A stretch of 64,000 nt of DNA from an uncultured Gammaproteobacteria bacterium. Its GTDB lineage: Bacteria > Patescibacteriota > Patescibacteriia > UBA1558 > 2-01-FULL-52-15. The DNA is taken from positions 504,802 to 568,801 of the forward strand of contig CAYOCJ010000001.1 in assembly GCA_964402565.1 (NCBI GenBank), given 5' to 3'. The notes below the pieces were generated by a model that ran no database searches, was not told where the DNA came from, and was given only the letters and a program-made list of their open reading frames with translations. Below, piece by piece: positions 1 to 9,605 of this stretch; the first letter of the stretch is position 1; the number at the start of each line of letters is the position of its first letter. Position numbers and translations under genes: made by a program.

Positions 1-2
1 AT

Positions 3-1049
3 GAAAATTCCGTAACCTCAGTTGTCAAAAAATCCAATCCAGCGGTCGTATCCATTATCATCAGCAAAGATGTCCCGGTGATGGAACAGTATTATGATCA
101 ACAGCCGTCTGATCCGTTCGGTGATTTTTTTGGACCCTTCAATCTGCAAATACCTCAGTACCGGCAAAATGGGACTCAGAAGCAGGAGGTCGGCGGAGGA
201 TCGGGGTTCTTTGTTTCTGATGATGGCATGATCATTACAAATAAACACGTCGTTGATCAAACTGACGCTCAGTACACCGTATTTACCAATGATGGGAAAA
301 AATTCGATGCTGAGGTCATAGCACGCGATCCCGTCAATGATCTTGCAGTTCTGAAAGTTAAAGGCAGCGGTTTTCCGTATCTTACGTTCGGTAATTCTGA
401 TTCCATCCAAGTCGGGCAAACAGCTATCGCCATCGGAAACGCGCTTGGTGAATTCCGCAATACGGTTTCCGTTGGTGTTATCTCAGGCCTTTCTCGCTCA
501 ATTACTGCCGGCGACACCAGCGGCAAAAGCGAGCTGTTGGAAGGAATAATCCAGACAGATGCTGCCATCAATCCCGGGAATTCTGGCGGACCTTTGCTTG
601 ATCTTTCCGGAGATGTCGTTGGCGTGAACGTTGCAATTGCACAAGGGTCTCAAAGCGTGGGTTTTGCTATTCCAAGCAAGATCGCACAAGGCGTCGTCGA
701 GTCGGTGAAAAAAACCGGCAAAATAGTCCGGCCATTCCTCGGCGTCAGGTATATACCGGTGACCAAGGAATTAAAGGATGCGAATAAACTCACTGTTGAT
801 TATGGAGTTCTAATACAGCGTGGTTCGAACGCCGATGAGTTAGCCATCATCCCGGGCAGTCCTGCAGATAAGGCCGGGCTTCAGGAGAATGACATTATTC
901 TTGAAATGGACGGTCTGAAACTTGATGATTCGCACTCGTTAGCGACCTTGGTTAGAAATAAAGCGGTAGGAGACACAATAACCCTAAAAATACTGCATAA
1001 AGGGGACGAGAAGACTGTATCAGTTAAACTTGAGGAAGCAAAGGAATAA
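3..1049 (+). CDS. htrA: HtrA/DegP-family serine protease with C-terminal PDZ domain; 5'-truncated by the window edge (frame open from nt 3)
   Basis: Trypsin-like core with GNSGGPL catalytic-Ser motif, HVV His region and D-L-A-V-L-K Asp region. C-terminal PDZ-like segment (IIPGSPADKAGLQENDIIL). The frame is open upstream of the track's Met back to nt 3 (ENSVTSVVKKSNPAVVSIII). Confidence 0.85.
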   Translation, partial: ENSVTSVVKKSNPAVVSIIISKDVPVMEQYYDQQPSDPFGDFFGPFNLQIPQYRQNGTQKQEVGGGSGFFVSDDGMIITNKHVVDQTDAQYTVFTNDGKKFDAEVIARDPVNDLAVLKVKGSGFPYLTFGNSDSIQVGQTAIAIGNALGEFRNTVSVGVISGLSRSITAGDTSGKSELLEGIIQTDAAINPGNSGGPLLDLSGDVVGVNVAIAQGSQSVGFAIPSKIAQGVVESVKKTGKIVRPFLGVRYIPVTKELKDANKLTVDYGVLIQRGSNADELAIIPGSPADKAGLQENDIILEMDGLKLDDSHSLATLVRNKAVGDTITLKILHKGDEKTVSVKLEEAKE

Positions 1050-1080
1050 GGAATACTAGAGAGTTCAATTCAGCACACTT

Positions 1081-1108
1081 AAAAAGGACCTTTTAGGTCC
1101 TTTTTATT
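1081..1108 (+). terminator. Rho-independent terminator after htrA
   Basis: Stem aaaggacc / ggtccttt with a tttta loop, followed by a T-run. Confidence 0.6.
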
Positions 1109-1299
1109 ATGGCCTTGACAAAAATCTCACTATATACTATGTTCACTTGTTCTATTGACAAACCCTCAAACAAGTAGGACAATGCAAACACTAAAATCTA
1201 ATGAAAAGCGACAAAAAATCCAATTAAAAATATATTTTTACCTTAGCAAAAAAGCAAGGTATTGAACCTAATTAACATCAGAATTTAAACTAAGACACT

Positions 1300-4200
1300 A
1301 TGTTAAAAAAGCTACATACCAAAAGGGGGGTACGTACCGGCTTTTACGTCTTCGTCATTGCCGGTTTAGTTTTAAATAATTTCAGTAGCATCAGGATCCC
1401 AGTGACCTATGCTGCTGACAGCGGATTCTTCGCAGCAAACGCGACCGTTGCAAGCAATAGCGTCACCAGTCCTGACAATGGCTGGGTATCTGATGATAAT
1501 CGCGCAACGTTCAATGCAACAGGCGATACCGCTGATTATAGCTTCGGAAACCTTGGTTTGCCGGCAAATGCCCAGATCGATGGCATTGAAGTTACGATCG
1601 AAGGCCAGAGATCGAGTAGCCGCAATTTGAGCGCAGCGCTATGGAATGCTTCGAACAGTAACCCAGACGCTTATAGCTCAAGCTCAACCGCAACGTTGAA
1701 CACGAATAGCGACACCGTCGTCACGCTCGGCGGACCAACATCAAAGTGGGGCAAGAACTGGGATTCAAATGATTTTGGTGCATCGTTCAAGATCCGAGTA
1801 GCTGGCGCCTCAGGCAGCGGAAACGCCCTGTTGGATCAGCTTCGAGTCAAAGTCTACTACAGCACCTTACCTCAGAGTGCTGAAAATCCATCACTTCCAA
1901 ACTCATGTGGCTTGGATGTGTCTTTAGTTTTGGACAACTCTGCATCCATCGACAACACTGAACTCGGTCAGATGAAGACTGCTTTCAAAGGTTTCGTTGA
2001 TGCATTAGCACCAGGAACTCCAACAGATTTCTCAGTCACGAAGTTCAATAGCAATGGCAGCACTGTATTGGACCCATTCTCTGCAAACGCAACAACGGTG
2101 AAGAATGCGATCGACTCTGTAACCACCTCAAGCGGTCACACAAACTGGGAAGATGGTTTGAACGTTTCTTTCGGGATCTCAGACCCGCGACCTTCTAATC
2201 CGAACGTCATGGTCTTTGCTTCTGACGGAGACCCAAACCGCAAGATCGGTTCAGTCGCTGACATTTCAGCTTTCGACGCAATGACAGCTGCTATCAATAA
2301 GGCAAATACGATCAAAGGCGCTGGCACTCGAATAATTACTCTCGGTGTCGGTAACGCTATCAATACTGCGAACTTGGTCGATATTTCAAGCGCTGACGCA
2401 AACTTCACTACAGCAAACTTCAGCGATCTGAATACAACTTTACAGAACCTCGCTCAGGAGCTTTGTGGCGGAACCATCACGGTTACCAAGAGAATTGGCA
2501 CCCCAGACAGTTCTGTTGCTGCGGGTGAAGGCTGGACATTCAATATCGGCGGAAACCCGAACAAAAACACTGACACAAATGGACAGACTCCATCAGTAAA
2601 TTTGACGAACGGAACCTACGTTGTAACCGAAACCGGCGGCCCTTCAGGCTATGCGTTCAATAGCGCAACATGCGAAGGCGCGACCAATGATGGTTCGTCG
2701 ATCGCAAATGGCGTTGAAGGAATCCAGGTTGGAACGAATGATATTGTCTCATGCACATTCTATAACACTGCAAATGCAGGAACACTAACCGTCATTAAGA
2801 ACGTTGTTGGCGGTGATGCGCAGGCATCTGATTTCAACCTAACGGTAGATAATGGTAACCCGGGATCATTCCCAGGCAGTTCAATAGGCACTGCGGTTAC
2901 AGTTGCTGCTGGAGCATCATACAATGTTGGTGAAGATCCAGTATCAAACTACTCGCCAAGCTATTCTGAAGGCTGTTCAGGTGTTATGCAGCCAGGTGGC
3001 CAGGTTGAGTGCACTGTTACCAATACATACACACCGCCTCAGGAGACAACCGGAACAGTAACCGTGATCAAAAAAGTCACTAAGGATAATGGCGGCACCG
3101 CTGAAGTGGGCGACTTTACCCTTATGGTTGGCGATACATCTGTTGTATCCGGTGAAGCTAATGCATTTTTCCCTGGGCCATACGCGGTCAGCGAAACCGG
3201 CGGCCCTTCAGGCTATGCGGGTTCATTCAGCGGAGACTGCGATGAAAATGGAAATATAAACGTTGTTGCAGGCGAGTCATATGTCTGCACCATCACCAAT
3301 GATGATATTCAACCGAAACTGACCGTTCAAAAGATCGTTGTTGGCGGTAACCTCGATGCAAATAACGTCCCCTTATTCGTGAATGGAGACCCAGTCACCA
3401 ATAATGTTACGAACGGATTTGATGCAGGGACTTACACTGTCAGTGAAACGCCGCAACCAAACTATATTCCAAGTTTCAGTGAGAATTGTCCAAATGGACA
3501 GATCTCATTGGTAGTAGGACAGGAAGCTACCTGTACCATTACGAACACCTACAATCCGCCGGTCGAACAGGACACGACCAATATCGTCGCAACTAAGATC
3601 GTCTGTCAGGATGAAGCAGACTTGCCGAACTGGGGAGAGACCGGTCAGCCGGATATCACCTCTTCGACAGCTGCAGATTTCTTAGCAACACACCCTGGTT
3701 GCCACTTGGCTCCAGACTGGACCTTCCAATACGGCTTTGCTGATAAAGAAGGCCAGGAAGGTGTCGACAAGCTGCCCGGAGATATCATCGGCGACGCAGA
3801 TGGTACGGACTCTACTGGTATGTGCAATGCACCATACTGCGGAGCTAATACCAATACCGGAACCGGCTACAGCGACTGGAAATCATTCGGACCGACAAAC
3901 GGTTCAGGTGAAGCATCAGTTTCGATCAGCGATCTTGAAGGAGCATCTTCTCTCTGGGTTCGTGAATCATTGAAGCCCGGCTATATCCCGTTCACCTATC
4001 CGCCACAGGGTCCGGATGAGAACAATGTAACTGCTGAGATCTATTGCCATAAGGATACGAACCATTACGACAACTATGACAATATTGAAGATGTCTCAGC
4101 TGGAAATACCTACTACTGTGTAGCATTCAATGCACCAAAGCCATTGACTATCGTTGCAAATAAGATCGTTTGTGAAAATGAATCAGACTTGCCGAACTGG

Positions 4201-5091
4201 GGAGAGACCGGTCAGCCGGATATCACCTCAAGTACCGCGACTGAATTCCTGGACACACATCCAAATTGCCACTTACAACCTGATTGGAAGTTCCAGTGGG
4301 GATATGGTGACAAGGATGGCCAAGAAGGCGTCGATAAGCTTCCAGGCGACTTCGTAGGTGAGGCTACTGCTGCCGGTGATTCAACCGGCATGTGCAGCAC
4401 CCCATACTGCGGTGCGAATACAGAGACAGGCCTTGGCTACTCAAACTGGAAGACTTTTGGCCCTACCGATGTAAATGGTACGACCTCAGTGAATATTTCA
4501 GACCTGCAGGGTGCTTCATTGATCTGGGTACGTGAAGTCTTGAAAGATGGGTATATTCCATTCACCTATCCGCCAGAAGCACCGGATGCTGACAATGTGT
4601 CGGCGGAGATTTACTGCAGCATGGATACTAACCACTACGATAATTACGACAATATCGCAAATCCAGAGCTTGGAAATACATACTACTGCGTAGCGTTCAA
4701 TGCTCCAAAGCCTGGTACTGATGTCTGTAACAATATCGAAGGAATTCAGTCAATTATCCCTGATGGTATGGTCTCGAACGGCGAAGGCGGTTGTGAGACC
4801 CCGCAGGATCCAGGCGGTGGTAGTTCGATCACAACCTCAGGCGGTGGTGGTGGAGGAGGAGGCGGTGGCGGAGGAATTCCGAATTTCCCGAACCAGCCAA
4901 CTGGCTCTGATAATCCAAAAGTAGAAGGTTTCTCTACAACCGTTCCTGATAACCCGACTGTTCTCGGATTCGAAGTATTGCCGAATACAGGCGGTGACCT
5001 TACCGGCTACTATGCGGCTGTCAGCACACTCTTTACGCTTATTCTCAGCACGCTCTACGTAAGCTATCGTAGACGCTCAGCGAAAGCATAA
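1300..5091 (+). CDS. Sortase-anchored surface adhesin: signal peptide, vWA domain (MIDAS DxSxS), several Ig-like/CnaB-like beta-sandwich repeats, two tandem ~189-aa Cys-rich repeats, poly-Gly linker, LPNTG sorting signal
   Basis: N-terminal hydrophobic signal (FYVFVIAGLVL). DVSLVLDNSASID vWA MIDAS motif. Repeated T-V-x-K-x-V / VGG..DA..FNL segments typical of isopeptide/CnaB-type domains. C-terminus LPNTGG followed by a hydrophobic TM segment and an RRRSAKA tail, the classic cell-wall sorting signal. A sortase gene lies immediately downstream. Confidence 0.85.
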   Translation: MLKKLHTKRGVRTGFYVFVIAGLVLNNFSSIRIPVTYAADSGFFAANATVASNSVTSPDNGWVSDDNRATFNATGDTADYSFGNLGLPANAQIDGIEVTIEGQRSSSRNLSAALWNASNSNPDAYSSSSTATLNTNSDTVVTLGGPTSKWGKNWDSNDFGASFKIRVAGASGSGNALLDQLRVKVYYSTLPQSAENPSLPNSCGLDVSLVLDNSASIDNTELGQMKTAFKGFVDALAPGTPTDFSVTKFNSNGSTVLDPFSANATTVKNAIDSVTTSSGHTNWEDGLNVSFGISDPRPSNPNVMVFASDGDPNRKIGSVADISAFDAMTAAINKANTIKGAGTRIITLGVGNAINTANLVDISSADANFTTANFSDLNTTLQNLAQELCGGTITVTKRIGTPDSSVAAGEGWTFNIGGNPNKNTDTNGQTPSVNLTNGTYVVTETGGPSGYAFNSATCEGATNDGSSIANGVEGIQVGTNDIVSCTFYNTANAGTLTVIKNVVGGDAQASDFNLTVDNGNPGSFPGSSIGTAVTVAAGASYNVGEDPVSNYSPSYSEGCSGVMQPGGQVECTVTNTYTPPQETTGTVTVIKKVTKDNGGTAEVGDFTLMVGDTSVVSGEANAFFPGPYAVSETGGPSGYAGSFSGDCDENGNINVVAGESYVCTITNDDIQPKLTVQKIVVGGNLDANNVPLFVNGDPVTNNVTNGFDAGTYTVSETPQPNYIPSFSENCPNGQISLVVGQEATCTITNTYNPPVEQDTTNIVATKIVCQDEADLPNWGETGQPDITSSTAADFLATHPGCHLAPDWTFQYGFADKEGQEGVDKLPGDIIGDADGTDSTGMCNAPYCGANTNTGTGYSDWKSFGPTNGSGEASVSISDLEGASSLWVRESLKPGYIPFTYPPQGPDENNVTAEIYCHKDTNHYDNYDNIEDVSAGNTYYCVAFNAPKPLTIVANKIVCENESDLPNWGETGQPDITSSTATEFLDTHPNCHLQPDWKFQWGYGDKDGQEGVDKLPGDFVGEATAAGDSTGMCSTPYCGANTETGLGYSNWKTFGPTDVNGTTSVNISDLQGASLIWVREVLKDGYIPFTYPPEAPDADNVSAEIYCSMDTNHYDNYDNIANPELGNTYYCVAFNAPKPGTDVCNNIEGIQSIIPDGMVSNGEGGCETPQDPGGGSSITTSGGGGGGGGGGGGIPNFPNQPTGSDNPKVEGFSTTVPDNPTVLGFEVLPNTGGDLTGYYAAVSTLFTLILSTLYVSYRRRSAKA
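3587..4713 (+). repeat. Intragenic tandem duplication (2 x ~567 bp) encoding a 6-Cys domain (KIVC..DLPNWGETGQPDITSST...CHL.PDW...PYCGANT...NHYDNYDNI...YYCVAFNAPKP)
   Basis: Two ~189-aa protein repeats with >75% identity. They include a 44-nt perfectly identical DNA stretch (3619-3662 and 4185-4228). Confidence 0.85.
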
Positions 5092-5108
5092 CAAACCAAC
5101 TGTACGGA

Positions 5109-5765
5109 ATGCAGCTCAGGAAACGATACACATTCCTTGCAATCATCATTCTGGCCATATTCGCGGTAACGCTGATATGGCCAGGGTTTGTTATTAATGC
5201 ATTAAGCGAATTCGTAAGCGGCATTAAACAGGGCAGCGACGTCATACAAAAGATACATACCCCGAGCGACATCTTGTCTGAGATCAATTTCGATGTACCG
5301 ACCGATACCAGCACGTCCACGGTCGCGTTTACACCGCCGGACGAGAATGGCGATAATCATTTGATCATACCGAGCATCGGGGTAAATGGCGAGGTTATCA
5401 TCAGCGACAGTCAAAATGCACTCAATAAAGGATTCTGGCATATTCCAGGCTCCGCAGTTCCGGGTACGAAAGGCAATATCGTTGTTTCAAGTCACCGATG
5501 GTTTCATATACCGCCGAATCCAGTAACGTTCTACCGGATCGATGAAGTCAAGATAGGCGATCCTGTCTTCTATAATTACAAAAACAAGCGCTACACGTAT
5601 CAGGTTACTGAAACGAAGATCGTCGACCCGACTGACGTGCATATCTTGGATCAGGACGAAGATAAATTGACGCTTTTTACCTGCCATCCGTTATTTTCTA
5701 CCAAGCAGAGGTATGTGGTGATAGCTACATTCGTTTCAGTCAGTGACATCCCAGCAAAGGAGTGA
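5109..5765 (+). CDS. Sortase (transpeptidase), N-terminal membrane anchor
   Basis: N-terminal TM segment (FLAIIILAIFAVTLIW). Conserved His region (NIVVSSHR). LTLFTCHP motif matching the sortase TLxTC catalytic Cys. It lies directly downstream of the LPNTG substrate gene. Confidence 0.8.
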   Translation: MQLRKRYTFLAIIILAIFAVTLIWPGFVINALSEFVSGIKQGSDVIQKIHTPSDILSEINFDVPTDTSTSTVAFTPPDENGDNHLIIPSIGVNGEVIISDSQNALNKGFWHIPGSAVPGTKGNIVVSSHRWFHIPPNPVTFYRIDEVKIGDPVFYNYKNKRYTYQVTETKIVDPTDVHILDQDEDKLTLFTCHPLFSTKQRYVVIATFVSVSDIPAKE

Positions 5766-5783
5766 TACACTGTACGAACGCGT

Positions 5784-6557
5784 ATGCAGAAATTGAAAAT
5801 CATTTCCTGGAATGTCAACGGCATCCGGGCCATTTCCAACAAAGGTTTTCTCACGTGGCTGAAAAAAACAAAGCCTGATATCCTCGCCATCCAGGAGACC
5901 AAGGCTCATCCTGACCAACTGTCGAAGGAAATCCTTAATCCTGAAGGTTATTTTTCGTACTGGCATTTAGGCGAGCGCAAAGGGTATAGCGGAGTCGGCC
6001 TATATACAAAAAAGGAGCCTAAGGACCTCAAGGTTTCATTCGGAGAAAAACATCTCGACGCTGAAGGGCGTACTATGATGGCAGATTTCGGCACTTTCAT
6101 CCTGTTCAACATTTATTTCCCGAACGGCGGCCAAGGCGAACACCGCATTAAGTATAAGCTTGAGTACTATGATGCTTTCTTAAAACTTGCGGTCAAGCTT
6201 AAAAAAAATGCGAAAAAAGTAATTTTTTGCGGAGATGTAAATACAGCGCATACAGAGATAGACCTTGCGCGGCCGAAAGAAAATTCGACGGTGACTGGTT
6301 TTTTACCTCAGGAACGTGTGTGGATAGACAAATTTATTGACGCAGGCTTTACCGATACATTCAGGAAATTCAACTCAAAACCCAATAACTATACCTGGTG
6401 GGACTATAAAAGCAGGGCACGAGAACGAAATGTCGGCTGGCGGATCGACTATTTTTTTGCCTCTGAGAACATCGTTGGCAATATCAAAAAATCATATATT
6501 TTACAGGATGTACAAGGCTCTGATCATTGCCCTATAGGCATTGAATTAGAGATTTAG
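5784..6557 (+). CDS. xth: Exodeoxyribonuclease III / AP endonuclease (ExoIII family)
   Basis: N-terminal [20 protein letters not shown] and C-terminal [13 protein letters not shown] motifs of the EEP/ExoIII family. Confidence 0.9.
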   Translation: MQKLKIISWNVNGIRAISNKGFLTWLKKTKPDILAIQETKAHPDQLSKEILNPEGYFSYWHLGERKGYSGVGLYTKKEPKDLKVSFGEKHLDAEGRTMMADFGTFILFNIYFPNGGQGEHRIKYKLEYYDAFLKLAVKLKKNAKKVIFCGDVNTAHTEIDLARPKENSTVTGFLPQERVWIDKFIDAGFTDTFRKFNSKPNNYTWWDYKSRARERNVGWRIDYFFASENIVGNIKKSYILQDVQGSDHCPIGIELEI

Positions 6558-6601
6558 CTGCATCGCCGTAGTATGGTATACTATGTATAACATACCATTT
6601 T

Positions 6602-6979
6602 ATGAAAGATCGGGTATTTGTCGATAGCGACAATATTTTAAACTGGATACCAGGCAATCAAACCGGCGACGTCGAAGGAACCAGCATGTCAGTGAATGTG
6701 CTGTCAGAGTTATTGGAGGAGCGCAGCCCTTCATGTGTTCTGGTTGACCTTTCGCGCGCACAGCGGCCGAACACGCTGCAGCGCCAGATCATTATCAATG
6801 GCCTGCAATCGAATCGCCACAATATTCAAAAAATCGCGCTTTTCGGTGAATCGCCTTTGATGAAAGCAGTTTCGTACTTTATCATCAATACATCGGGATA
6901 CGAGAACATGAAATTTTTCTCAAGTCGTAATAAGGCGGTGACCTGGCTCAAAGAAGGCGAACAAAAAAGCTCTACATGA
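6602..6979 (+). CDS. Hypothetical small protein, possibly STAS/SpoIIAA-like fold
   Basis: 125 aa with no strong motif. The C-terminal ...FFSSRNKAVTWLKEG resembles STAS-domain ends. Its stop overlaps the start of the next gene (ATGA), which suggests translational coupling. Confidence 0.35.
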   Translation: MKDRVFVDSDNILNWIPGNQTGDVEGTSMSVNVLSELLEERSPSCVLVDLSRAQRPNTLQRQIIINGLQSNRHNIQKIALFGESPLMKAVSYFIINTSGYENMKFFSSRNKAVTWLKEGEQKSST

Positions 6980-8061
6980 AATACGGCGAATCATCTCACG
7001 CGGTAGGCATTGATATCTCTGATGGCAGCCTTGAACTCGCAAATATTCAGGAACGTCGGGATGGCGTTCCTGTTTTGATTGATTATGCGCGAGTTACGCT
7101 GCCGGAGCATGTGATCGTGCATGGGCGCATACAGGACGAACCCTTGCTGGACGAAGCTCTCGAGGAGCTACTCGACCAGACAAGCCTCGAGCTGAGGAAT
7201 GTGTCGGTCTGTACAGCTTTGCCTGATTCTCAGATCATTACGAAAATCTTACCCTTGCCGAAAAGTCCGGAAATCCCTTCTTTTGATTCGCTGCATCAAA
7301 GCGCACAATTGCTCTATAAGAGCCTGAATTTTAGGATTGAGGATCCAGTACTGCAATGGACATTCCATGAGCTCCCTGACACGTCAGGCGAATTGACTCT
7401 TTTTGCAACAGCGGCCGATGCGGTGCATCAGTGGGAACGTTTTTTCAAAAAAGAAGGCATGGATCTCCTGAGCCTTGAAATGGAATCTCTTGCCCTCCAG
7501 CGGGCCTTTATTCAAAAGATCCCTCATAATGAATCGATTGCGCTCATTGATTTCGGTTTTAGAATGACGATCATTTCAATAGTTGATGCCAGCGGCCTTC
7601 GGTATTCGCATACCATAGATCAGGGCGGTTTTGATCTCACCACTGCAATTGCGCGGACCACCTCGGCCAAGCTCGACACTGCAGAGCGTTTGAAAATTTC
7701 AGTAGGTCTAACGAATCGGGCTGACAAACCGCTGCACGCGCTTATCACAAAAAATATCGACGACCTATTGCATCTCATTCATGCGTCCTTACAGGACTTC
7801 GGCGGTGCCGTTGACTCGATCATTATTACCGGAGGAGGAGCGAGGCTTCGGGGCATCCGTGCTGAAACCGAGCATGTGCTCAAAATTCCCACCAAGCGTG
7901 GGATTCCTTGGTTTTCACAAGTCCACCAGGTAAAAGGCCAGCTCAACTCCACACAAATTGAGACCACAAAAATGCCTTTGTACGCCGGCGCTTTAGGTCT
8001 TGCATTGCGCGGCATGAATCGATATACTCTTGCGAAAGGAATTAATTTTATCGATGAGTAA
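6976..8061 (+). CDS. PilM-like actin-fold ATPase (type IV pilus assembly protein PilM family)
   Basis: N-terminal VGIDISDGSLELA (the GIDIGS-type phosphate-1 loop of the PilM/FtsA fold). Central LTLFATAAD...LSLEMESLALQRAF. C-terminal IIITGGGARLRGI, matching the PilM LTGGGA motif. Confidence 0.65.
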   Translation: MKYGESSHAVGIDISDGSLELANIQERRDGVPVLIDYARVTLPEHVIVHGRIQDEPLLDEALEELLDQTSLELRNVSVCTALPDSQIITKILPLPKSPEIPSFDSLHQSAQLLYKSLNFRIEDPVLQWTFHELPDTSGELTLFATAADAVHQWERFFKKEGMDLLSLEMESLALQRAFIQKIPHNESIALIDFGFRMTIISIVDASGLRYSHTIDQGGFDLTTAIARTTSAKLDTAERLKISVGLTNRADKPLHALITKNIDDLLHLIHASLQDFGGAVDSIIITGGGARLRGIRAETEHVLKIPTKRGIPWFSQVHQVKGQLNSTQIETTKMPLYAGALGLALRGMNRYTLAKGINFIDE

Positions 8062-8084
8062 CGTGCTGGTCGAGTTCGCTACAT

Positions 8085-9602
8085 ATGTCGCAGGATAAAC
8101 GAAGTTTTTTAATGTACCGCGCACTGGAAATGTTGCCAGGTATTTTAGTATGGGCAACGTTCATCGCTGTTACTGCTCTGTCACTGGTCAGGCCGATTTT
8201 AGCCATTTATTTTATTATCTTGTTCGATCTCTACTGGCTGCTTCGCGTTTCGTATTTGATGCTGTATATTTTCATATCGTGGACTCGCTATCGAAAGACC
8301 AAACGCATCGACTGGAACGAACAGCTTGAAAAGGACTTTCATGATGCAAAGACAAAACGCTGGAGAGAGTATTGGCATGTTATTTTTCTGCCGACATATA
8401 AAGAACCACTCGAGATAGTTGAGGCGAGCATTCGGGCCATCGTTGATTCATCGTACCTAGATAAAAAAAAGATGATCGTGGTGCTCGCAGGCGAGGAGCG
8501 AGATGGTCAGCATTTCAAATCGGTTGCCGAACACATTACGAAAAACTATCAGCAGCACTTCAATGCATTGCTCGTTACCATTCACCCAAGCGGGATTGAT
8601 GGCGAATTGCCTGGCAAGGGTTCTAATTTGTACCATGCGGGGCATGAAGCGCAAGCGTACATTGACCGGCAGGCTATTGAGTACTCAAAAATAATCGTAT
8701 CCACTTTTGACATCGACACCATCGCGCATCGTCAGTATTTTTCATATTTGACGTATCAATTTTTGAACCACCCAAATCCCTACCGTGCGAGTTTCCAGCC
8801 ATTGACGTTTTATCATAATAATATTTGGGAATCTGATCTCATTACGCGCGTCGTCGCGAATTCGACGACCTTTTGGCTCCTGACGGACCTTGCCCGTTCT
8901 GATCGATTGTTCACTTTTTCATCGCACAGCATGAGCTGGCGCGCTCTCGTAGATATAGGTTTTTGGCAAAATAACATCGTAACCGAAGACTCGCGGATCT
9001 TTTTGCAATGCCTTATCCGCTACAATGGCGATTACCAGGTATTCCCTATGTATATAACGGTTTCGATGAATACCGTCTTCGTAGGCTCGCTGAAACGCAG
9101 CCTGATCAATCAATATAAGCAAATGCGCCGCTGGGCATATGGCGTCGAGCATTTTCCGTATATGGTGTGGCACTTTTCGCGGAATAAAAAAATACCGCTG
9201 AAAAAAAAGATCTCATACCTTTGGAATCAGACTGAAGGCGTATATTCATGGGCAACTGCACCGATCATTATGTTCATCGCAGGACGCCTGCCTCTCATGA
9301 TCACGGACATCAATAAAGATAATTCGATTGTCATTCAGCAGGCACCGCTGATCCTGAGTTTTATCATGACCTTAGCGCTCTGGGGCATCATTGTCATAGC
9401 CATACTCAGCACCCTCATCTTGCCTCCGCGGCCAATGAAAGGGATGAATAAAGTGATCCAGTATGGAGTCATGGTCGCTCAATGGGCCTTGTTTCCGATT
9501 ACCATGATCATTTTCGGGGCATTCCCGGCTATCGACGCACAGACGCGGCTAATGATCGGCAAATATTTGGATTTTTGGGTGACTGAAAAAAAATCCGTCT
9601 GA
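8085..9602 (+). CDS. Processive family-2 glycosyltransferase (cellulose/chitin/PNAG-synthase-like) with N- and C-terminal TM helices
   Basis: DxD (FDIDTIAH), TED motif (VTEDSRIF) and QxxRW motif (QMRRWAYG). Multiple TM helices flank the catalytic domain. Confidence 0.75.
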   Translation: MSQDKRSFLMYRALEMLPGILVWATFIAVTALSLVRPILAIYFIILFDLYWLLRVSYLMLYIFISWTRYRKTKRIDWNEQLEKDFHDAKTKRWREYWHVIFLPTYKEPLEIVEASIRAIVDSSYLDKKKMIVVLAGEERDGQHFKSVAEHITKNYQQHFNALLVTIHPSGIDGELPGKGSNLYHAGHEAQAYIDRQAIEYSKIIVSTFDIDTIAHRQYFSYLTYQFLNHPNPYRASFQPLTFYHNNIWESDLITRVVANSTTFWLLTDLARSDRLFTFSSHSMSWRALVDIGFWQNNIVTEDSRIFLQCLIRYNGDYQVFPMYITVSMNTVFVGSLKRSLINQYKQMRRWAYGVEHFPYMVWHFSRNKKIPLKKKISYLWNQTEGVYSWATAPIIMFIAGRLPLMITDINKDNSIVIQQAPLILSFIMTLALWGIIVIAILSTLILPPRPMKGMNKVIQYGVMVAQWALFPITMIIFGAFPAIDAQTRLMIGKYLDFWVTEKKSV

Positions 9603-9605
9603 CCG

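Noticed and set aside
18-419. 133-aa minus-strand ORF at the window start
   Set aside because: It is antisense to the well-supported htrA reading frame and has no motif, so it is a shadow ORF.
3587-4713. Diversity-generating retroelement (template/variable repeat pair) as explanation for the near-identical repeats
   Set aside because: No reverse-transcriptase ORF is present in the window. Differences between the copies are not adenine-biased. The copies are in-frame tandem protein domains rather than a non-coding template repeat.
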